This document shows positions 25,573 to 38,583 of a stretch of DNA of 64,000 bases, piece after piece; position 1 is the first letter of the stretch, and each line of letters starts with the position of its first letter. Location of the stretch: NCBI RefSeq assembly GCF_009914755.1, contig NC_060944.1; one strand, written 5' to 3'. Position numbers and translations under genes: made by a program. The notes under the pieces were generated by a model, which made no database searches, was not told the DNA's origin, and was given only the letters and a program-made list of their open reading frames with translations. Origin of the DNA: the human T2T-CHM13v2.0 reference genome, Homo sapiens.

Positions 25573-28500
25573 CTGAAAATAAAGCCAAGTTTGGGGATGT
25601 ATTAAATACTAGACAAGGAGCCAACTCCCGAGGCAGGGTGCTATGCACAGACTGCCAGAAATCCGAAGGGCTTTTGAATCCTATGTTAGTGACATTGTAG
25701 CAGCTGGTTTCTTTAGTTGCAAACCCAAAGATGCACTTCAGTTTCATGAAAAGTGGCAGCGATTCTAACAGCTCCACAGATGTTCCAGGTGAGTGCACAT
25801 GTGTGGCTGAGAGCTTGGCATCTCAGCTCTAATGCTGACTGGCTGCGTGTGACCTGGGACATGGGACCTCCCCTCTCTGTGTACACATCTGTGAAATAAC
25901 CCATAATGTGGTTTGATGGAATGAGACTTCCATGAGAAGGTGCACAGATGCACAGCAAATGGGCACCACCAGCCTTTGGGGGTGTGTGTGCAACATGGTG
26001 CCATGGGCCAGGGTAGCTATTTCAGTTCAATTAAATCAGCAGCTCCCTGGCTGCATGAGCCACACTTCAAGTGCCATTCAGCACCATGAGCAGCCAGAGG
26101 CTGCCACCCTGGACAACACAGACAGCTGAGAGGCAGCTGAGAGTTCTGCTGGGCAGCACGGGCCAGCCCACATTATAGCATAAATACTAGCTTTCGTTTT
26201 TCAGTACCCTGGCATGTTCCAGGAAGAGTTCACACTGTGAAGAGGGATCTAATTTGATTGTTGTCCATATAAGGAGTTGCTCATCCCGGTGCCATCCCTG
26301 ATAGCCTGCCCGTCCCCACTGGCCTGTGAGGTGCTCTGTCTCTCCCTCGAAGCTTCTATATATGTGTGGCTCTCCTACTGCTCATCTGCCCCAGCCCCAT
26401 GCCACCTTCACCCATTCTTCCCTGGCATGTAGCACCTAACTGACTGTGTCGTTTCCTTGGTGATCATCTTTCTTGCTCTTTGTCTGTCTCTCTCCTCTAC
26501 TCTTGACCCCTCTATGGGGTCAGAGACCTTCTCACTCACTGCTGTGTCCCCAGCATCTAGAACCATGCCTGGAACACAGGAGGTGCTCAACACATGGTTG
26601 TTAAGTGCATGAATGGATGATTGGTTTTCTGAACAAGCTATGATCTGTAAAGACCTACAGCCTTTGCCTGAAAGGCCTTCCTATATCCATGTGGCGAACT
26701 CCTATTCATCCCTCAAGACTCAGTTCAGCCACCTCCTGCTCTGTGAAGCCTTTCCTGACTCCACCCATGAATCTAGTTTATGGCACATGCTATGTGGGAA
26801 CAGCTGTCAGTCCCCCTGCTGCCACCCCACTAGGCTGTTAGATCTTTGAGGGAAAGAACACCGTTTTTCTCATCTTGGTCGTTGATATGGGATCAGAAGT
26901 GGGCCTGGACTGTTGAGTTCTGAGGATGGAGCTGGAGGGAGGAAACCTTCCACATGGGTGGAGGAGCCAGTTAAGAGCCAGGACGAGGCAGGCAAGGCTC
27001 AGGACACTGGAGACAAGAGAGACAAGAGCCTGGCCAGCAGCACCAGAGGCTTGCTGGGTCTAGGTCCTAGACAAGGTCCAGGGGCTGCCCTTTTTCAGAG
27101 CTGCTGCAAAACAGAGAGAGTGGGGACAAATATACGATATTCACAGGCAGCTTTAGAGCCAACCAAGAGCTGTTCATCAGCTCTTCATAATTATAGAATG
27201 GATACTCAAATTCATTAGAAATCAGGAAAATGCACATCATCATACACATGATAGACAAATTATCCCCACACATCTGGCAGACATTAAGAAGCCTGGCAAC
27301 ACCAGACTTGCAATAGCTCCACACACGCAGAACGTGCCCTGGGCAGCAGCGTCCACAGCAGACCATGCCCCAACACCACCCCAACAGACCTAAGGCTAGG
27401 CCACCCTATGAAAGACAGTGATTGTGATGCCCAAACGTTTGTCTAAAGGTCACTTCCATTGTCCTTTCCTTGATCTTGCACTTGCTTTATGGAGTTCAAT
27501 CCAGGGGCTGCTGAATCCCCAGACACAGTGGACCATGCCCGGACCCCTCTCAGTGGCCCCAGGGAGTACTGGCTCAGCCACTGGACTCAGACATAGATGG
27601 GGCTTTCAAATCCCAGGACACGTCAGTGCCCTGTGGACCCCCAGCCCAGAGATGTGAAATGCAGGAGTCCTCAGAGGAGGGGCCCAGGCTCCTGCCAGAG
27701 CGAGGTAACCTCAGGGGGGCACTAAGTTACCCTAGTCACACCTGAGAAACTGTCCTCGTCTCCGTCCTCTCTGACCCTCCTGATCACATCTGGACATGTC
27801 ACCGGGCAGGGGTCCCTACCAGCTCTCTCCCACATCCCAGCCTTACCAGCATAGCCTTTCCATGGCAACTGAAAATGCTGTTTGTAAAGCACTGAAACAA
27901 ATTCTCAATCTTGCAATGCGTCAATTTAAAGAGAGCATTTAAGTAAATAATGGAATAACGGCACATAGAAGTGCAGGGAGGAAGGTGACATCTGGGACAC
28001 ACTGTGACACAGGGTGGCCTCCCAGCGGGAGGGCAAGCCTGACCCCAAGCCACTGGGCAGGGCAGGAGAAGCCAGTCTGCCCAGCAGTGCCCTGGCATGG
28101 GGTCAGTGTGTGTCCAGGTCACGCCAGGCCAGGCAGTGTGCCTGGATGGACCTGGCATTGCAACACCTAGGTGCTCCCGCCCCTTCCCAGACCCAGCCAC
28201 CAAGAAGCTGGCAGACTCGAAACAAAGCGTGGCCTTGGTAAAGGCCATTCTAGTCCCTCATTCTGCATTCCCCCAGCATGTCGCTGTGCAGTGGGAACCA
28301 CAGGTCAGATTCGTCCAAAGAGTCCCAGCGCAGCACACAGCCTGCACACTCCAGAGCACACTCTGGCACACACGCGTGGCGGCTGCAGAGCTGGCTTGAG
28401 TGCTATGACCAAGCCCGTGAGGATACATGAGGCTGGACATTTTCTCATAAACTCTCTGTAATGGGGCTGGACGGTGTCCCCACCAGATACACCATGGACA

Positions 28501-28784
28501 GAAGGGGAAACCCCCCAAGCTTAGCCAAGCCCAACTGGGTCATGGCCACTGTGGATGTGTGTCCTGAAAGGACAGCAGAACCAGGGCATTTCAGAAACCC
28601 GACCGAACACGAGTGCTATTCAGCCTCCTCCCCTACAGTTTCCACTTGAGAGAGAAGAACACTGAGAGCTTGGCCCACAGTATCCCCTATCACTCCACTC
28701 TCCAGAGTCTGCTCCTCGTACAGAGGTGCCCATAATGGGTGTGGGGTCAGGAATCAGGGAGGAGCTCATCTCCAGGACACTCAC

Positions 28785-28848
28785 CTTCTCCTTTGATGTC
28801 GTGGGGGTAGCCAATGACAGCACTTTCTGGTACTGCAGGGTGGTCGGC
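28785..28848 (-). CDS. ACSS1: ACSS1 exon 12 (64 nt)
   Basis: tgtacacAG|GCCGAC...GAGAAG|GTgagt; ADHPAVPESAVIGYPHDIKGE. Confidence 0.96.
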
Positions 28849-28995
28849 CTGTGTACAACAGAGAACAAAAGGGCAAAATGTGGCGGCCCCGGGTGCTAGA
28901 AGTGACTCGGGCCAGGGACTCCCACCCCAACTTGCAGGTCCACAGGGGCATCATGGAGGTGCAGGAGTGAAGGAGGAGGCCCAGCCTGTGCTCAC

Positions 28996-29123
28996 GATGG
29001 CGTCCTCAATCTCTGCGGTCCCCAGCCGGTGGCCACTGATGTTGATGACATCATCCATCCGCCCTGTGATCTGGTAATAGCCGCCCTCAGTTCGGTAAGC
29101 CCCGTCTCCAGTGAAGTAATAGC
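28996..29123 (-). CDS. ACSS1: ACSS1 exon 11 (128 nt)
   Basis: ggtgcAG|GCTATTAC...GCCATC|GTgagc; [43 protein letters not shown]. Confidence 0.96.
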
Positions 29124-29719
29124 CTGCACCACAGCAGGGAAATTCAGCACCAGGAACCCTGAGCCAGGACCCATGTCCCAACCTCAGTAAGCGTGAAGCT
29201 CTGCAGCCCAGCACGCGGCTGAAGTCTCGCCCATCGGCCCTCCTTGCAACTCCGATGCTTCCCTATGTTCTAGAGCATGGGCAGGTGGCTCCGAGATATC
29301 GAGACTTTGGGGAGCAGAAGGTATACAAGCAGCACATCCAAGATGCTTCTCCAAAACACTGAGTCTTGTTTACGACAAAAAGGGAAACTGGGAAAAAATA
29401 AAAGTAAACTGGAAGAAAACTCCCAGCCGTAGCTAACAGGATCCTACCATGGGCCTGGCTGCAGTGCAGGACTTCACACCCACACCTAAGTAGCCCCAAG
29501 AAAGTCCCCGAGTGGGGAATCACTCCCACTGTCAAGATAAGGAAAGCCAGGGAGGTACAGCAAAGGGAGAGGGGTGCGGAGTCAAACTCTGGCCTCGCGA
29601 GCACCTATTCCTGGCCACAGTGTTACGCTGCACTCAAATCCCATTAAAAATGTTTTCTGAGAATAAGATTCCAGCAGTCAGCTGAAAAGGAATGAGAGGG
29701 TCCCTGACAGCCTGCTCAC

Positions 29720-29846
29720 CTGGGTAGGCCTTGAAGTAGGCGTCCACAAATCGCTGGTGGTCGCCATAGATGGTCCTGGCCATGCCCGGCCAGGCCTGGG
29801 AGATGCACAGGGCCCCGGAGACGTTGCTGCCCTCCATGACGCTGCC
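29720..29846 (-). CDS. ACSS1: ACSS1 exon 10 (127 nt)
   Basis: gtctacAG|GGCAGC...TACCCAG|GTgagc; GSVMEGSNVSGALCISQAWPGMARTIYGDHQRFVDAYFKAYP. Confidence 0.96.
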
Positions 29847-30144
29847 CTGTAGACCCCGGACATGCAAGTGAGACAGGGCAGGCTCTGGGTGAGAAGTGTG
29901 CCAAAAAATGACAAGCCCTGCCCTCAAGGGAGCTGTCCATAGCTCTCCCCTCTGCCCCTGAGGAGGGCCCCAAGCCACCTGTGTGGCCACTACCCAGTGC
30001 ATGATACCAGCTGCAGTGAACGCTGCAAGGTCAGCAGCCTCCTGCCAGGTACAGACCTGGGCACACAGGAGAGAGCTGGGCTGGGCAGGCAGGGACAAGG
30101 GAGGGCAAGCACATGACCCCCATGTGGGGGAGGCCCATACACAC

Positions 30145-30257
30145 CTTCTCATCCATGAGGACGGGGACGATGCCAAAGAAGGGCCTCATCGCCATGGCAG
30201 GGAGGATTTCCGCCCCTTCTTCCGAGGGCCGTGGTGCGATGCAGATGCCACCTGTTT
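30145..30257 (-). CDS. ACSS1: ACSS1 exon 9 (113 nt)
   Basis: cctgcAG|AAACAGGTGGC...GAGAAG|GTgtgt; ETGGICIAPRPSEEGAEILPAMAMRPFFGIVPVLMDEK. Confidence 0.95.
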
Positions 30258-31321
30258 CTGCAGGTATGACAAGAAAGAAATGCATAATCGGCCCCGGACC
30301 CAGGGATACGTGTATCCAGAGTGGGTGGTAGGTGGGACTGTCCCTGTTGTGGGCAAGGAAACGCCTCAGGGGCACAACGATCTTTGAGGCAAACCAGATG
30401 TGGGTCTGGTGCCCTCCACTGTGGATATGAGAGGCGGCCCCACAGTGGCCTCAGCCCCAGGAGCTCTGGCATCCCACAGCCAGGTGCAGGCCCCCTCGCC
30501 ATGTCAGGCCCTTGCTTGAAGTGGGAAAGGGCAGAGCCCACCCACTTGCACATGAAGACGGAGAAAAAGAACTGCTTCTGGGCCAGCGCCCATTTGACAT
30601 GAACCCAACAACGAAAAAAGATGCTCTCAAATCCTACCCTCACATTATTTCCAGCCTGTACCAGGGAAATGCCCCAGTGACTCAGCTAGAGAATCTCTGT
30701 CCCAGGTTTTCCTGAATGGATGGGACTGTCCCATGGGAACGCCTCATTTTCTGGCTTGAGGATGAGCCCTCAGATAGTTACATTCATTACATCTATGGTG
30801 GTCTCTCGCCCCAAGCCTCCTAATAAGTCAGATACCCAAGAGAAGGGGGGACAAATCCAAACAAAATGTCACAGGAAAAATTCCTTTTCCCACTAAAATT
30901 TAAATTTAGACTCATGCTCCCTTAGAAGATGGGGCCTGTCTCATCAGATGTTCCCCTGTTCAGAAAGGGGCACTAGGAAGGGACACGGCCCCTGAGCTCC
31001 TGCTGCACACCAGGCCTTGGGCAGCAAGCTGAGCTGTGTCACCTCAGTTCACCCTCACCCAGGCGTGTGGGGGGCGCCCCCACCTCACAAAGGAGGAAAC
31101 CGAGCCTCAGAGAAGTTGTGACAAGAGGTCCCACAGGTGGGAAACAGCAGCCAGGCGACCTCTGAGTTCCCTCACTCTAGGCTCCAGGGTTTCCGCAGTC
31201 TCGGGCGTTGAAGCGTCTTCTATCGCACCTGCTGTTGAGAGCTTGGACCCCAGTCCCAGCCTCACACCTGACCCTGCAGACCCAGCACTTAGACCGGAAC
31301 CTGTTCCCCAGGCCTCCTCAC

Positions 31322-31414
31322 CTGTCTGCCACCAGGTGTCCACCAGCGTGCACCTGCTGTCCCCCACCACCCTGTGAAGCCACTCCCAGGCCTCACAGTT
31401 GATGGGCTCTCCCA
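31322..31414 (-). CDS. ACSS1: ACSS1 exon 8 (93 nt)
   Basis: ggtttcAG|TGGGAGAG...CAGACAG|GTgagg; [31 protein letters not shown]. Confidence 0.96.
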
Positions 31415-31478
31415 CTGAAACCACACAGAAAGAAAAAGATGTTAACAGGCTGCAAATAAACCTGAAACCAAAGGGAAG

Positions 31479-31780
31479 TTTTGTTTTTTGTTTTTTGTTT
31501 TTGTTTTTCTTTGAGACTGAGTCTCACTCTGTCTCCCAGGATGATCTTGGCTCATTGCAACCTCCACCTCCCAGGTTCAAGCGATTCTCCTGCTTCAGCC
31601 TCCTGAGTAGCTGGTATTACAGGCGCCTGCCACCACACCCGGCTAATTTTTTGTATTTTTAGTAGAGACGGGGTTTCACCATGTTGGCCAGGCTGGTCTC
31701 GAACTCCTGACCTCAGGTGATCCACCTGCCTTGGCCTCCCAAAGTGCTGGGGTTACAGGTGTGAGCTGCTGTGCCCAGCC
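31479..31780 (-). mobile_element. AluS-type element with a short internal deletion, ~65 nt upstream of the exon 8 acceptor
   Basis: Alu sequence lacks the ctggagtgcagtggc segment near 31540; tail is (TTTTTG)n-like. Confidence 0.9.
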
Positions 31781-33162
31781 AAATAAAGAGATTTTTAAGG
31801 AGAAAACAGCTCCGTGATTTTTATTTTTGAAGAACATACAAGGAGACCTGAAAATGCAGTGAGACATACCGTATTTATGGTCATCAAAGAAATGCACATG
31901 ACCATGATGTGTTTTTACCATTAGATGATGGATATCAAAAAGCCAGTAAGAATGTGGGGAAAACAGGATTTCACAGACACCATTAGGAGGATAGTTTGGT
32001 TCAGCAATTTTGAGGAGCAATCTGGATGTTTCTCTTAACATTTAAAACTCCATACAACCAATACAACTACTCTGAGCAACTGCTTGGGGCAGAATCTACT
32101 ACAGCTAAATACCTCAAAACATGACCCCTGACGTACACCCCACAGAAATGACTGCAGATGCCACCAGAAGTGGCTATGTAAAGGGTGTCCTCAGCAGCTC
32201 TGCTCATGTTAGAAACCACACACATCCCTCAGGAGTAGGTGGCTAAATACAATATGGCACGCTCCTGCAGAGGAACGCCACATTGCAAAGAAGATGGCGA
32301 ACCTCCACGACCCACAGCGGCACTGGTGAGTCTGAAGCATGACGCTGGGCAAGGGAGGGGTGTGCTGTGTGATCCCACCCAGCTGAGGTTCAAGTGCAGC
32401 CGGATCTGTCCGTGGTGATGCAGGCCACACTGTGGTCATGGTTCGGGTAACTCTCGTAACTGGGAGGAGCCATAAGGGGGCCTCTGGGGACTAGGAATTT
32501 CTGTAGCACTTATACACGTAAACATCTCTCAAGTTGAACACTTAACATCTGTACCCTTTAGTACACATTATATCTCAATAGAAAGGAAGAAGATATGTGT
32601 ACACCCTAGGATTCTCAGTGTCTACCTTATGACATTTCCACACCAGGCCAGCACTCAGCCAGAACTCACCAGGCTAGACGTGCTGTCACTAAAACACTGA
32701 AATACTCTCGTGCTGGTGGTTGCCTCTTGCTCAGGACCACTCACAACCCACAGCCTGTCCCAGCAGTGGCCCCCGCATCCATGCTGCATGATCAGTGCTG
32801 GCCACATTGGCAGCTCAGTGTCTTGTGTGTCACACCTGCACTCAGAACATCCACAAGGGGCAGGGAGATGCCCCGCAGCGCTGGTGGACACGCTGGGAGA
32901 CTGCGACAGCCTGCACCCAGCCACGGGGCTGTGACCACACAAGCCAGGGTAATCCCCACGGCAAAGCAGGTCCGTGTGGAAAAATGCAGATTCTACAATC
33001 TTAAAAGAAACATTACAGCATCATAGCACGGTGTGGTAACTTTGGTGTTAAAGAAAACGTCATTTAACAGAGCTGCATCCACTACAGGAACTTAACTGCA
33101 GAGACAGGGCCGAAGGCGCAGGAGCAACAACCCCTGGAGCAGAGGTCGAGGAAAACTTCAGC

Positions 33163-33342
33163 TTTTTTTTTTTTTCTTTTTTTTTGAGAGAGAGAGACAA
33201 GGATCTTGCTCTGTTGCCTGGACTGGAGTGCAGTGGCATGATCATGGCTCACTGCAACCTCGACTTCTGGGGCTCAAGGATCCTCCCATCTCAGCCTCCC
33301 AAGTAGCCGAGGGACTACAGGCACGTACCACCACGCCCAGCT
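33163..33342 (-). mobile_element. Alu right-arm monomer (FRAM/AluJ-like)
   Basis: Single arm with a poly(T) tail; TSD-like tcagcttt on both sides. Confidence 0.8.
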
Positions 33343-34249
33343 CCTAAGGACATCAGCTTTAAGTACAATGCTCCAATTTCTTCTTTTCACAAGAGTGTAT
33401 CCATGTATTACTTATGAAATTGAAAGTTTAAAAAAGCTTTGAGAAATACAAATCTAGGGGGAATGTCTTGAGTGAGTGGGATTCTGACGACTCAACGGAT
33501 TAAATGTCATGAGGGCTGATCCCAGCTGCCTGGAATGGGTCTGGGCTGTGGAATTGCACCGACAGGTGTGCCAGCACAGCGCTGGCCCTGGCCAAGGTGT
33601 GGAACACACTGACTCCCAGCACTGCTCCGAGGTGCTGGGAGCCCCAGGTGCAAGACATCACAAGACGCCACGCTGCCTGCCAACACTGTATACCGAGAAC
33701 AGAACAGCGAGGTGTGTGATTAGCACCTGGCCTCCCGCAGGGCTCTGCGGCTAGAACCGGTTATGCAACAGGAATAGGAATGTGCCTATCAACCAGCTAA
33801 ATACACAAAACCCAGCTGAGCCTCTGCTGGGGGCTGGCCCCCTGGCTCAGAGGTGTTCCAAGTCTGTGGGGACCCCTAGGTGAGGCAGAGGCTGCTGGGA
33901 TACACATCCCACTCTAATGCAGCTGCCAGAGCACACCCCTTCCTGAAATGCACTTAGGGCGGTACCCCTTGTCATTGGACCCCGTGAACCTTCCTTCAGG
34001 AGACAAATCCCATGAGTGTATCTGGAAAACCAAATCTTGCCCTTCAGCCCTGTCCCCACCTAATGCCTAGGGCCCACTCAGGTGGCCCTGCTGACAACAC
34101 CTAGAGGATCTGGGCGAGTTTCTATGGCCCTGGCCACCCCGCTGTTTGTTCCCAGTCCACAAGCACTACATGGCCCAGGCAGTCAGAATCACACGGGCCT
34201 CTCAAGCCCAGCTCCAGCATGCCAAGAGAGACCACCCAAACTCACCACT

Positions 34250-34598
34250 TATTATGGTTTGAATGTTTGTCCCCTCCAAATCTCACGCTGAAATGTAATT
34301 GCCATTGTAACAGTATTAAGAGGTGGAACCTTTATGAGGTGATTATGCCAAGAGGTTTCCACCCTCATGAGTGGGATTGGTGCCATTATAAAAGGGTGAG
34401 TTCAACCTCCTCTTGCTCTCTCTTGCCTTCTCTTTGCCCTTCCACCATGGGACGATGCAGCAAGAAGGCCCTCACCAGATGCCAACACCTTGATGTGGAC
34501 TTCCCAGCCTCCAGAAATGTGAACCAATAAATTTCTGTTCATTATAAATCACCCAGTTTCAGGGTATTCTATTACAGCAGCACAAAGCAAACTAAGAT
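34250..34598 (+). mobile_element. MST-type MaLR solo LTR
   Basis: tattatggtttgaatgtttgtcccctccaaa...ggacttcccagcctccagaa...aataaatttctgttc...aaactaaga. Confidence 0.85.
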
Positions 34599-35702
34599 TC
34601 ACCATCTAGAAAGGAACCCCATACTCTTTCTGAGAGGTGGAGGGGACAGTATGGCAAGGGACCTGTTGAGGGTACAGGGTGGGGGCACAGAGCCCATCAA
34701 TCAGGTGGGGGGCAGAGTGAGTTTTACAGACTCTAGAACCAAGTGCTGCGTTCAACACAGGCTGCCCTACTTGCTGAGTGACCTCAGGCCGGTTCTCTGA
34801 CCTCTCTGTGCCTCCTCTTCCTTCTCTGTAATGTGAAACAACATCTGCTGTTTGCTCAAAGGACTGATGTGAAGATAAAGGCATTTAATACATATTTGCT
34901 CTTATTAATAGTATTCAAACTCCTCCTGCTTTTTAATCTAGAAAGCTGGTTGAGAAACAGAAGGTTTTTACTGTTAATGGGGAAAATAAGGGAAAAGAGG
35001 AGGAGGAGTCATTGGATGCCTGCTATTCCTCAGGAGCTCTCTCCATTAATCATCTCCATGCTGAACATTATACTAAGGCTCACATCTGACCCTCTGTGGC
35101 ATCCTCGCCACCCTGTAGGTAGGTCTCATCCCCATCTCACATTTGGGAACAAGTGGTGAGCTCTGCAGGGCACAGCCCCAGCTGCTGTGCCTCTCAGCCT
35201 GTGGCCCGGATGCCCGCATGGCCTCATGGTCACCCAGTAGTAGTGGAATCACATGTTCACTGGGAGGTACATGCTCCCTTCCCAAGGATGTATGTGGCAG
35301 AATGGGACACTCTTCCATGGTCACTGCCCTGCATGCTTCCCCGGTGAAAAGCCACCAAGCAGGTGGCTGACCACGCGTGACCACACGTCAAGGCAGACAT
35401 GAAATGTGGCAGGGACAGGAGAGAGAACAGCAGTCACCAGCACCCAGTCCCTCCCAGCACCAGCCCGAAAGACAGACACTGCTGATACTGTCGAAACCAT
35501 GCCACCATCACATTTCCAAAATGTTTCCATGTGATTTGGCAATATCCATCAACATTACCAATAGGCCTAAGCTTTGAACTGTCTGCCTGGAAATGTCTAC
35601 AGTAACAGCAGGGCAAAAGTGCAGGATGGTATCCACTCCACAGACTTGGAGACAATCAAAAGGTCCAACTATGGGGCAGTGTTTAGCAAACTGTAGTTAT
35701 AC

Positions 35703-35843
35703 TATTATTACTATTATTTAGACGACTGAGTCTCACTCTGTCACCAGGCTGGAGCGCAGTGGTGCAATCCTAGTTCACTGCAGCCTGAAACTCCTGGGCT
35801 CAAGCAATCCTCCCACCTCAGCCTTTGCCACCACACCCAGCTA
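35703..35843 (-). mobile_element. Partial AluJ-like element
   Basis: gagtctcactctgtcaccaggctggagcgcagtgg...ctcaagcaatcctcccacctcagcc; TSD agttatac. Confidence 0.75.
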
Positions 35844-36193
35844 AGTTATACAGTTAAATCCCATGCAGCCACTAAAGAACTGACCTGACCCTTAACTTAT
35901 TGAGTGGGTAAGTATTCCTAATGAAGATTAAGCTACAGAAATTGGGCACAGAAACAACGGCACAGAAAATGTCTGGAACGTTGTTCCCCAGACTGGTAAC
36001 TGCTGCCAGCTCTGGGGAGGAGCTTACAGGTGGGAAGAGGTGCTGGTGCTTTCTACCAGATCCGGTCTGGCATTGCGTGAATTCACACATACAAAGCCGG
36101 GCAGCTTCATGACTGAAGTCCTGCTGAAGCCCGTATTGGCTCTGAGGGTCTAGGGCAAGCACAACCTCTCCTGCTGCAGGGCAGGCCGCTCAC

Positions 36194-36331
36194 CTGACCC
36201 CAGGGTCCGCAGGGAGGAGCGATCATACTTCTTCACCCAGGCATCACCGTATTTCAGCAACAGCCGGACAGCCGTTGGGGCGCCATAGAACTGATTGATC
36301 TTCAACCTCTCTACTGTCTCCCAGTACCGAC
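36194..36331 (-). CDS. ACSS1: ACSS1 exon 7 (138 nt)
   Basis: tttctgtAG|GTCGGTAC...GGGTCAG|GTgagc; [46 protein letters not shown]. Confidence 0.96.
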
Positions 36332-37572
36332 CTACAGAAAGGCCGAAATTCACTGTCAGCAGGAGAGCTGACATGGTTTACTTTAAACTCAGAGATCAGC
36401 CAAGACTTCCTGAGTGCTGGGCATGTGCAGACGCGCATATGTCCATATGAAAGGGATCCCCCCAACCCCCCACCCCCGCCAGTGAAAGATGGAAAGAAGC
36501 CCCATGGGACAGGTCCCCAATGGCCGCTCTCCTCCAAGCACTCCCCAGATCCATGGGCGGCACATTCAGGAACAGTCTTCACCAGGCTTAGGGTGATGGC
36601 CTAGTTCAAGGTGATACTACGTGGATTTAATAACCCATGGAGCATTAACACAGAGCTTTCACTCGATCACACTCACATGGGCTCTAAAGTGGTGACTGGT
36701 GCTTCCCCTGGTGACAGTACAGCTGCCACTGCGTGTGTCCCAGGGAGCAGGGCCATGTGCCCGGCATGCACACCCCTGGTTCCTGTAAACCCACTACCCA
36801 CACCATCCCCTCCACATGGAACACTGAGCTTCTAAGGGCTGAAGTGGTGGCCTGAGACAGCACCTGGGCCATGGCCCTTAATCCCTGGTCTTGCCCCTAC
36901 AACTTCTTCCTTGAGCACACCCAGCCCCCAAAGGCAGGGATGGAGCACTGGGAGGTGATAACACAGTCCATGCACAGTTGTCAGTGCCATGGAACACTGG
37001 AGCAGCAGCCTTTGGGCAGAGCCACCATGATCTGCTTACATTAAAGAAAATATTTGAAGACACTGTGCTGTGTGGGAGGACGATGCCCAAGGGAGCCAGT
37101 CATCACCTTGTCTTCAAAGTGATCTCAATTTAATGGAGATGGTTCTAGGCCATGCCTAACATGGTTTGAGGGACAGCCCTGAAGGCTCAGGGGCAGGGCT
37201 GGGGACACAGAAGTGGCGGGCAGCTGGCCCTGGCTTTGAGAAAGGGCTGGATCTGGGCAAGCAGCCTAGAGGTGAGAAGGATGCCAAAGCGATGGCCTGA
37301 GGCCGGCAGTTTAAGTCAGAGGGCAGGAGTGCAGGAGCAGGGGCCTTGAGATGTCCTCCAGCACCAAGTCAGACTCCCTGCTGCTGCCTGTCAGATCTTT
37401 CTGAAGACCTGGGGCCTGGCCCCACCGGGCATTTCGACAGCAGGACCTGGAGAGCCACACCCTCACCAGAACCCAGGCGTCCCCCTTCCATGAACCTCTC
37501 CACAAGCCTCGAGCCTCAGGCTCTCTCCCCTGACACCAGCATGGGGTCCCAAACAGGGTTCACCATCCTTAC

Positions 37573-37720
37573 CAGCATTGGGATAAACTGGGGTGCTCTC
37601 AAAAAGGACGCTGGTGGCACCATTGCAGAGAGGCCCATACACCACGTAGCTGTGTCCTGTAATCCAACCGATGTCGGCCACACAGCCAAAGATGTCACCT
37701 GGCTGGTGGTCAAACACAAG
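37573..37720 (-). CDS. ACSS1: ACSS1 exon 6 (148 nt)
   Basis: ctctgcAG|CTTGTG...AATGCTG|GTaagg; [49 protein letters not shown]. Confidence 0.96.
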
Positions 37721-38258
37721 CTGCAGAGACAGGAAAGGAGCATCAGGAGCTTGTCCCCCCACTCCACCATGTTCACACCAGGTCACTAGGAAATAGGCAT
37801 GCATAGGCTGCAGTCCATAGCTGTGAGAGGCAGCTGGCTCCTCAAATGGCCTCCAGCAGCAGGACAGGTGGGCACACTGCAGAGTCCGTCTAGTTGTACG
37901 TTTAACACATGGACACCTTTTTGCATTACCTTATGCCACGATTTTTTAAACCCCTTAAGAACTACAAAAAATAAAAGCAAAAAAGGCCAAGAATGGCATC
38001 AAGCATCATCAGCTTCGAGGAGCATGAGAGGACAGACATCCGAATCCCCTTTATTCTTCCACAGCAGCTGAGTGGAGCCTGATCCCATCTCAGGATCTAA
38101 CTGCCCACGTGCAGGAAACACAGAGGCAGAGGGACAACAGGCACAACCCAGACCAAAGGACACCAGAGAAAAATGGCTGGATGTGACTATGGCCAAGTGT
38201 AAGGAAATGGGGGAGCATAGGCTTAAAAAGACTTAAAACACATATCAACAATATTTTA

Positions 38259-38542
38259 GGCCGGACACGGTGGCTCACACCTGTAATTCCAGCACTTGGA
38301 GAGGCCAAGGCGGGCAGATCACTTGAGGTCAGAAGTTCAAGACCAGCCTGACCAACATGGCAAAACCCTGTCTCTACTAAAAATACAAAAAAAAATTAGC
38401 AGGGTGTGGTGGCAGGTGCCTGTAATCCCAGCTACTCAGAAAGCTGAGACAGGAGAGTCACTTGAACCCAGGAGGCAAAGGTTGCAGTGATCTGAGATCA
38501 CACCACTGCACTCTAACCTGGACAACAGAGTGAGACTCCATG

Positions 38543-38573
<31 letters not shown>

Positions 38574-38583
38574 GAAAAGAAAA
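38259..38583 (+). mobile_element. AluS-type element with an (AAAAC)n tail
   Basis: Full dimer; TSD aacaatatttta. Confidence 0.93.

Noticed and set aside
25573-25798. 75-codon open frame running in frame into exon 13 (ATG at 25747 would give a 157-aa C-terminal-domain protein)
   Set aside because: Chance is about (61/64)^75, or ~3%, per exon flank and there are ~24 flanks. No promoter evidence. Revisit only if CAGE or Ribo-seq supports it.
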